From NCBI GenBank assembly GCA_030616305.1, contig JAUWXQ010000003.1, positions 1 through 33,703 on the forward strand: a stretch of DNA of 33,703 nucleotides. The letters run 5' to 3'. Source of the DNA: Hadesarchaea archaeon. Lineage in GTDB: Archaea > Hadarchaeota > Hadarchaeia > Hadarchaeales > Hadarchaeaceae. A model generated the notes under the pieces. The model was given only the letters and a program-made list of their open reading frames with translations, was not told the origin of the DNA and did no database searches. The translations under genes and the position numbers were made by a program. Positions 29,014 to 33,703 of this stretch are shown piece by piece; positions within the stretch are counted from its first letter, which is position 1; each line of letters begins with the position of its first letter.

Positions 29014-30272
29014 CTAAATCGCCCCATTTTAGCTTTTTCTCCTAACTCCTCCTCGATTCGGATTAATTCATTAAGTTTAGCTACACGCTCGCCCCCGACT
29101 GCACCCGTCTTTATGAGAGGGCACCCCCATGCCACGGCAAGGTGAGCGATCGTCTCGTCAACAGTTTCTCCTGAACGGTGGGAAATCGCTGGAACGTAAT
29201 TGTGTTTTTTCGCCAATTTGACTGCCGCGAGCGTGTCGCTGAGCGTCCCTATCTGGTTAGGTTTTATTAGCACGGCGTTCGCTGCCCCTGCTTTTATACC
29301 TTTCTGAATTCGTGCCACGTTCGTCACGAAGAGATCGTCACCACATATCAGGCAATCCTTTCCCACCTTACGTGTGAGCTCCGCAAATCCCTCGAAATCT
29401 TCCTCGTGCAACGGGTCCTCAACGTAAAAGAGCTTGTGAGTTTTAATTAAATCAATAATAAATTCGATTTGTTCGCCAGCATCGCGTGATTTCCCCTCAC
29501 GCTCGTAAATGTATCTCTTTTGAGTCTCAGCATAGAGGCTGCTCGCCGCAACGTCTAGAGATGGTCTGACTTCAAATCCAACTTCATCGCTGGCCTGTTC
29601 GCATGCCTGTGCCACTACATCCATCGCCTGGAGGCTATCGAGATTGGGTGCCCAAGCTCCCTCGTCGCCCTTCCCACCGGTAAACGTTTTGTCCTTGCTC
29701 TCAATCGCTGCCCTGACCTTTTTGTGAACTCGAGTGTTCGCGAACGCTGCATCAACGAATCTCTTCGCGCCAACCGCTACCGATATGAATTCCTGGATAT
29801 CTGGCGCCATCTTACCTGCGTGCGCTCCACCCCCCAGCACGTTGCCAATCGGGTAAGGAAGATAGAATGCCCCCTCGCCGCCGAAATATTTGTAAAGGGG
29901 CATGCCGAGTGCAGACGCCGCGGCTTTTGCCACGGCCATTGAAGTCGCTACTGCCGCGTTCCCGCCTAACTTGGAAAAATCGGGCGTACCGTCTAGCTCA
30001 TGAAGAAGCGAGTCTACCTCCTCCTGTTTTTCAGCTGAGATATCGACCAATTTTGATGCGACCGTGTTCAATACCTCAATTGATGTATCCGGTCCACCAC
30101 TGGGGAACGCCATGACTTCATGTTTTCCCTTACTCGCTCCACTGGGGGCCGCGGCCCTGCCAGATCCCACTACTTTACCATTTCCAACCGCCACATCCAC
30201 TTCAATGGTTGGATTTCCCCGGCTGTCTAATATCTTCCGTGCGACGATTTTCTTGATTACGAGTTTCTGCAA
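29010..30272 (-). CDS. eno: Enolase
   Basis: [72 protein letters not shown]...ERVAKLNEL. Start moved to TTG 30272 after AGGTGG. Confidence 0.96.
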   Translation of the reverse strand: MQKLVIKKIVARKILDSRGNPTIEVDVAVGNGKVVGSGRAAAPSGASKGKHEVMAFPSGGPDTSIEVLNTVASKLVDISAEKQEEVDSLLHELDGTPDFSKLGGNAAVATSMAVAKAAASALGMPLYKYFGGEGAFYLPYPIGNVLGGGAHAGKMAPDIQEFISVAVGAKRFVDAAFANTRVHKKVRAAIESKDKTFTGGKGDEGAWAPNLDSLQAMDVVAQACEQASDEVGFEVRPSLDVAASSLYAETQKRYIYEREGKSRDAGEQIEFIIDLIKTHKLFYVEDPLHEEDFEGFAELTRKVGKDCLICGDDLFVTNVARIQKGIKAGAANAVLIKPNQIGTLSDTLAAVKLAKKHNYVPAISHRSGETVDETIAHLAVAWGCPLIKTGAVGGERVAKLNELIRIEEELGEKAKMGRFR

Positions 30273-30366
30273 ACTGCCACCTTTATCCGATATCACGCTA
30301 GGGCTTAAAATGACTTTCATCCACAGACTGATAACCAAAATGAAATTTCGAATTTTGAAGAGATAA

Positions 30367-31194
30367 CTATTCTATCCACTCATGGGTGATAAACGTCACT
30401 TCTCCATTCTCGTCGAGCGTGGCTGTGCCGTGGCCCCAGAGATCGACAGGATACTCAACATACCCATCGTAATAATTGAAGGTGTACGAGCCATCGGTTT
30501 TGACAATCCCGAATGGAACGATTTTGTTGACGTTAAAGTGGCCAAGATGGTCCTGGGCGTAAGGGGAGGTCACGTCTTTCAAGACGATAGTAGACATCGC
30601 TTGGAGCTCATCGCTCGTAGTCGCGGTGTACTCGTTTTCCACGGTTATCGTGCCCGTTGTCTGGTTGTAGATGAACACTATGGACTTTTGGTCACTCACA
30701 ACAACTCCGGTGGCAAAGTTTTCGTTCTCAACTCGCTCGGACGGGACGCAGAAGTAAACCTCCACATTGTCGGTGGAGACACTCTCTCGTGTGGCAATGA
30801 CGCTTTTGATTGCTGCCAGTGGCATCGCAACCTCTTCGGCCTTTAAGCTAATTTCACTGACTTGTAAGTCTTGAGTTCCCAGCTGAATGGTTGCGTTATA
30901 ACTTTCATAACCTGACTTGCTAACGGACAACGAATAACTCTTGTTGCCCTCCAGACCAGTAAACTCAAAATAACCATCAGAATTAGTTGTGGTCGATTCC
31001 CCGTCCAGCGTTACGGCGGCGCCAGACAGAGCGACGCCATCGGTTTTCACGTAGCCAGATATTTTGTATGTATCTGCAGTGGGCGTAACATACTGCATAC
31101 CCAAGTAAACTGCTACCACGGAAACAATTACAATGACAACAACTGCGCCTGTAACAGCGCCTATTATGCGACCGGCTATAGTTTCAACCTCCAA
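30367..31194 (-). CDS. Membrane-anchored surface protein with carboxypeptidase-regulatory/PEGA-like beta-sandwich
   Basis: N-terminal hydrophobic helix, then ISGYV...G.ALSGA.V......TTNSDGYFEF..L....Y.L.VSK.GY. The C-terminal half is not recognised and the start codon is uncertain. Confidence 0.7.
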   Translation of the reverse strand: MEVETIAGRIIGAVTGAVVVIVIVSVVAVYLGMQYVTPTADTYKISGYVKTDGVALSGAAVTLDGESTTTNSDGYFEFTGLEGNKSYSLSVSKSGYESYNATIQLGTQDLQVSEISLKAEEVAMPLAAIKSVIATRESVSTDNVEVYFCVPSERVENENFATGVVVSDQKSIVFIYNQTTGTITVENEYTATTSDELQAMSTIVLKDVTSPYAQDHLGHFNVNKIVPFGIVKTDGSYTFNYYDGYVEYPVDLWGHGTATLDENGEVTFITHEWIE

Positions 31195-31254
31195 GAAGCC
31201 TAGGGAGAAATTGTTTAAATAGTTAGCTAAGGGGCGCTCGATTCATAAAGCACT

Positions 31255-33703
31255 TTACATGTTGAATGAGTTTGCGGCGTCCCCATCGAACTCTTGAGGC
31301 GCATCGTTGCCGCTGTATGGGTAGTTCGCTGAGGCCCAGGTAAATGCCTGCTCCGCGGTGGCGAAGCCTTGGCCCACTAGCCCACGCTCCAGGAACCAAT
31401 ACGTCCAAGCACCGTTTTGATATGCGGACTGATCGTAGCCATAGCCAGCAGGCCCGCATGTAGTGTTCATGTATCGATTCGTCTTATTCGCGCCAGCTTG
31501 ATTCACAGCTGCATCCATCCCACCAGAGTGGCAGGAGTCGAAGAACACGAAGAGCTTGCCGTCGTAGCCCGACACCAAACTCTGCAGTTCCGAACCGGTG
31601 AAGTATCCGGTCCCTGACCAACCAGCATCATATGTGCAGTATGCGTGGGCGTCTCCCGGCGAGGAATCAGTCCCGTGGCCCGAAAAGATGAGGACTAGCG
31701 TGCCATCAGAGCCCGCTTGAGTTGCTGCATTCGTTATCGCCGCCCGGATATTCGCCTCGGTAGCCTGAGAATCCGTGAGGAAGGAGCTTATCGTGTATCC
31801 CTGCCCGACCAAGTAGTTCCTCCAGTCTTGAGCATCGTTCACACAATATCGTAAATCATTAATGTATGCGTAATCGTTTATCCCAAAGATGACCGCGACT
31901 TTGTTAGATGGCGTGACCGGCACCGCTGCCCCAGTCTCCACCTGGTCGACGGTGAATCCGTAATCCGTAACCGAGCCGTCAGTGACCAACCTGATTATTA
32001 CCGTGCTTCCGTCCACCCATGAGGTCCACTGGTCACGGTAGCTTCCAGTGTAGCTCTCTATGAAGTTGTTGTTCTCGTCGTAGATGTACACGTAGTCCCA
32101 GTTGCTTTCCGCATCCAGTTGAGTGAAGTGTGCCCTGATTCGACCTACCCCGGAACGGGTAATGGTCCAAGTCTGGTCGAAGTTGTTCGCGTATGGGTGG
32201 GCAGATTCCGCCAAGGCGCCAGCGGTCGATACCGAGACGTTGAGTGAGTAAGTTCCAGAACCGTTGTAGCGGTGGACACGAATGTAGTGGACGCCCGCGG
32301 AGGTCGTATCGTGGGAAACTGTGTCGGTCTGGCTCCCGCCGAGAATAGAATAATCAACCCGTGATTGGCTCGAATCGTAGAGGTAAAGGTCGAAGTCGGA
32401 GCCAGATGGAGGTACTAAGGTAGCGCTTATTGTAGCACCAACCGACCCAACTTGAACCTTGTAGTAGTCGTCCGTGTCAGTTTCATCCACATAGCCTGTG
32501 CCTGTACCAGTACTGATCATCATGGCATGGGCAAAGCTATCACCTGCGTCTTGGCCGGAGTTCCAGTCGTTCTGGGCAGCTGCTGCAGCGCCGCTGACAG
32601 TGACGGTCATCGAGTAAATCCCAGAGCCGCTCCATTGGTAAACGTAAATGTAGAAGTAGCCCGAGGCGGAGGCTGTTCCTTCAACAGAATCGGTCATGTT
32701 ACCACCATAGGTGGAGGAGTCGACATAGGACTGGTCCGTGTCGTAGAGGGAGAGGTCGAAGTCGGCACCGGAAGGTGGCGTCATGCTCACGGTCACGGTC
32801 TGGCCGCTTGAGACCGCGATCTTATAATAATCGTCTGTGTCTGTCGAGTCGATGTATCCGGTGCCCGAACCTGCTGGGATCGTCGTGGCAATGCTCAGTG
32901 AGTCACCGGCATCCATGCCCGTGCCCATATCGTTTTGAGCCGTTCCACCGGTGACAGTGACGGTCATCGAGTAGATGCCGGAGCCGCTCCACTGCTCGAC
33001 GTAGATGTAGAAGTAACCCGAGGTGGTTGCGGTTCCAGTGACTGAATCGGTCTGGCTTCCGCCGTAGGCTGAGGAGTCAACATAAGATAGACTAGAGTCG
33101 TAAAGGGTTAGATCAAAGTCAGAGCCAGAGGGTGGCGTTAGGTCTGCACTTATCGTCTGCCCTGCACCAACGTTGACTTTGTAGTAGTCTGCAGGGTCTG
33201 TGTCATCGATGTAGCCCACACCCGAACCTGCGGGGATCGTCGTGGCGGCGCTCAGAGAGTCTCCAGCATCAGTTCCCGTGCCCATGTCGTTCTGGGCCGT
33301 TCCTCCTGTGACAGTAATGTTTAGGGCATAAATTCCAGAGCCCGACCACTGCTCGACGTAGATATAGAAATAGCCGGATGAAGTGGCGGTTCCTTCAACA
33401 GAATCGGTCTGGCTTCCGCCATATGAGGACGAGTCGACATACGACTGATCCGTGTCGTAAAGGGTGAGATCGAAGTCAGAACCGTATGGAGGCGTTGAAC
33501 TAACACTAATTGTCTGGCCGCTCGAAACGCTTACCTTGTAATAATCTGCAGTGTCCGTGCTGTCGATATAACCCGTTCCTAAACCAGCGCTTATCTCAGT
33601 CGCCGTACTCAGCGAGTCACCCGCATCAGTGCCCGTGCCCATGTCGTTCTGGGTAGCCCCGCCGCCAGTGACCGTGACGGTCATCGAGTAGATGCCGGAG
33701 CCG
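31255..33703 (-). CDS. Large caspase-family (peptidase C14) protein with tandem PPC-like repeats and CUB-like domain (5' partial)
   Basis: C-terminal domain KVAVIFGINDY...LRYCVNDA...ATEANI...FSGHG...FDSCHSGG, with His at 31675-31677 and Cys at 31531-31533. CUB-like ESAHPYANN...W.I...F.....E..WDY..IYD...TDGSV..YGF. The frame is open to the window edge. Confidence 0.88.
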   Translation of the reverse strand, partial: GSGIYSMTVTVTGGGATQNDMGTGTDAGDSLSTATEISAGLGTGYIDSTDTADYYKVSVSSGQTISVSSTPPYGSDFDLTLYDTDQSYVDSSSYGGSQTDSVEGTATSSGYFYIYVEQWSGSGIYALNITVTGGTAQNDMGTGTDAGDSLSAATTIPAGSGVGYIDDTDPADYYKVNVGAGQTISADLTPPSGSDFDLTLYDSSLSYVDSSAYGGSQTDSVTGTATTSGYFYIYVEQWSGSGIYSMTVTVTGGTAQNDMGTGMDAGDSLSIATTIPAGSGTGYIDSTDTDDYYKIAVSSGQTVTVSMTPPSGADFDLSLYDTDQSYVDSSTYGGNMTDSVEGTASASGYFYIYVYQWSGSGIYSMTVTVSGAAAAAQNDWNSGQDAGDSFAHAMMISTGTGTGYVDETDTDDYYKVQVGSVGATISATLVPPSGSDFDLYLYDSSQSRVDYSILGGSQTDTVSHDTTSAGVHYIRVHRYNGSGTYSLNVSVSTAGALAESAHPYANNFDQTWTITRSGVGRIRAHFTQLDAESNWDYVYIYDENNNFIESYTGSYRDQWTSWVDGSTVIIRLVTDGSVTDYGFTVDQVETGAAVPVTPSNKVAVIFGINDYAYINDLRYCVNDAQDWRNYLVGQGYTISSFLTDSQATEANIRAAITNAATQAGSDGTLVLIFSGHGTDSSPGDAHAYCTYDAGWSGTGYFTGSELQSLVSGYDGKLFVFFDSCHSGGMDAAVNQAGANKTNRYMNTTCGPAGYGYDQSAYQNGAWTYWFLERGLVGQGFATAEQAFTWASANYPYSGNDAPQEFDGDAANSFNM
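32230..33703 (-). repeat. Intragenic tandem repeat, ~357-nt (119-aa) unit: 4 complete copies plus the tail of a fifth
   Basis: QND..(T/S)G.DAGDS starts at 33651, 33294, 32937 and 32574 (spacings 357, 357, 363). Each unit has D..DYYK, PP.G.DFDL.LYD and (Y/H)YI.V. Positions 33674-33703 are identical to 32957-32986. Confidence 0.93.

Noticed and set aside
598-30846. Long antisense and alternate-frame ORFs (e.g. 598-1446, 8884-9723, 10072-10794, 20320-21090, 25415-26347)
   Set aside because: They shadow well-conserved genes and show no protein-like motifs, as expected from codon bias.
32230-33703. CRISPR array or diversity-generating-retroelement repeat pair
   Set aside because: The period is ~357 nt, in frame and protein-coding. 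There is no short repeat-spacer pattern, no evident adenine-specific divergence, and no reverse transcriptase or cas gene in the window.

Overview
Archaeal chromosome segment with euryarchaeal-type gene content and order; the lineage cannot be fixed from sequence alone. It is mostly housekeeping genes: ppdK, speB, rpl10e, trkA, a DRG GTPase, geranylgeranyl reductase, pth2-thiL and pheST, followed by about 17 kb of minus-strand operons (eno-rps2-MEMO1-ipk-fni-rnj-idsA-gltX, then rpl7ae-rps28e-rpl24e-ndk-aIF5B-rps6e-aIF2g-PIN-hppA-rpoE1-spt4). Four items stand out; the first three are not in the ORF track. (1) A free-standing, about 232-nt, highly structured candidate non-coding RNA (6605-6836, +) has its own TATA box and oligo-T terminator and lacks the RNase P and SRP signatures. 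(2) A decayed remnant of a soluble family I pyrophosphatase (14032-14251, -) sits directly behind a membrane pyrophosphatase gene, which looks like in-place replacement of ppa by hppA in a genome that also encodes PPDK. (3) An isolated tRNA-Leu-like 3' end (235-254) looks like the att boundary of an integrated element. (4) A large, probably extracellular caspase-family (C14) protease with tandem ~119-aa PPC-like repeats and a CUB-like domain runs off the right edge. All calls come from reading motifs by eye; no searches or folding programs were run.
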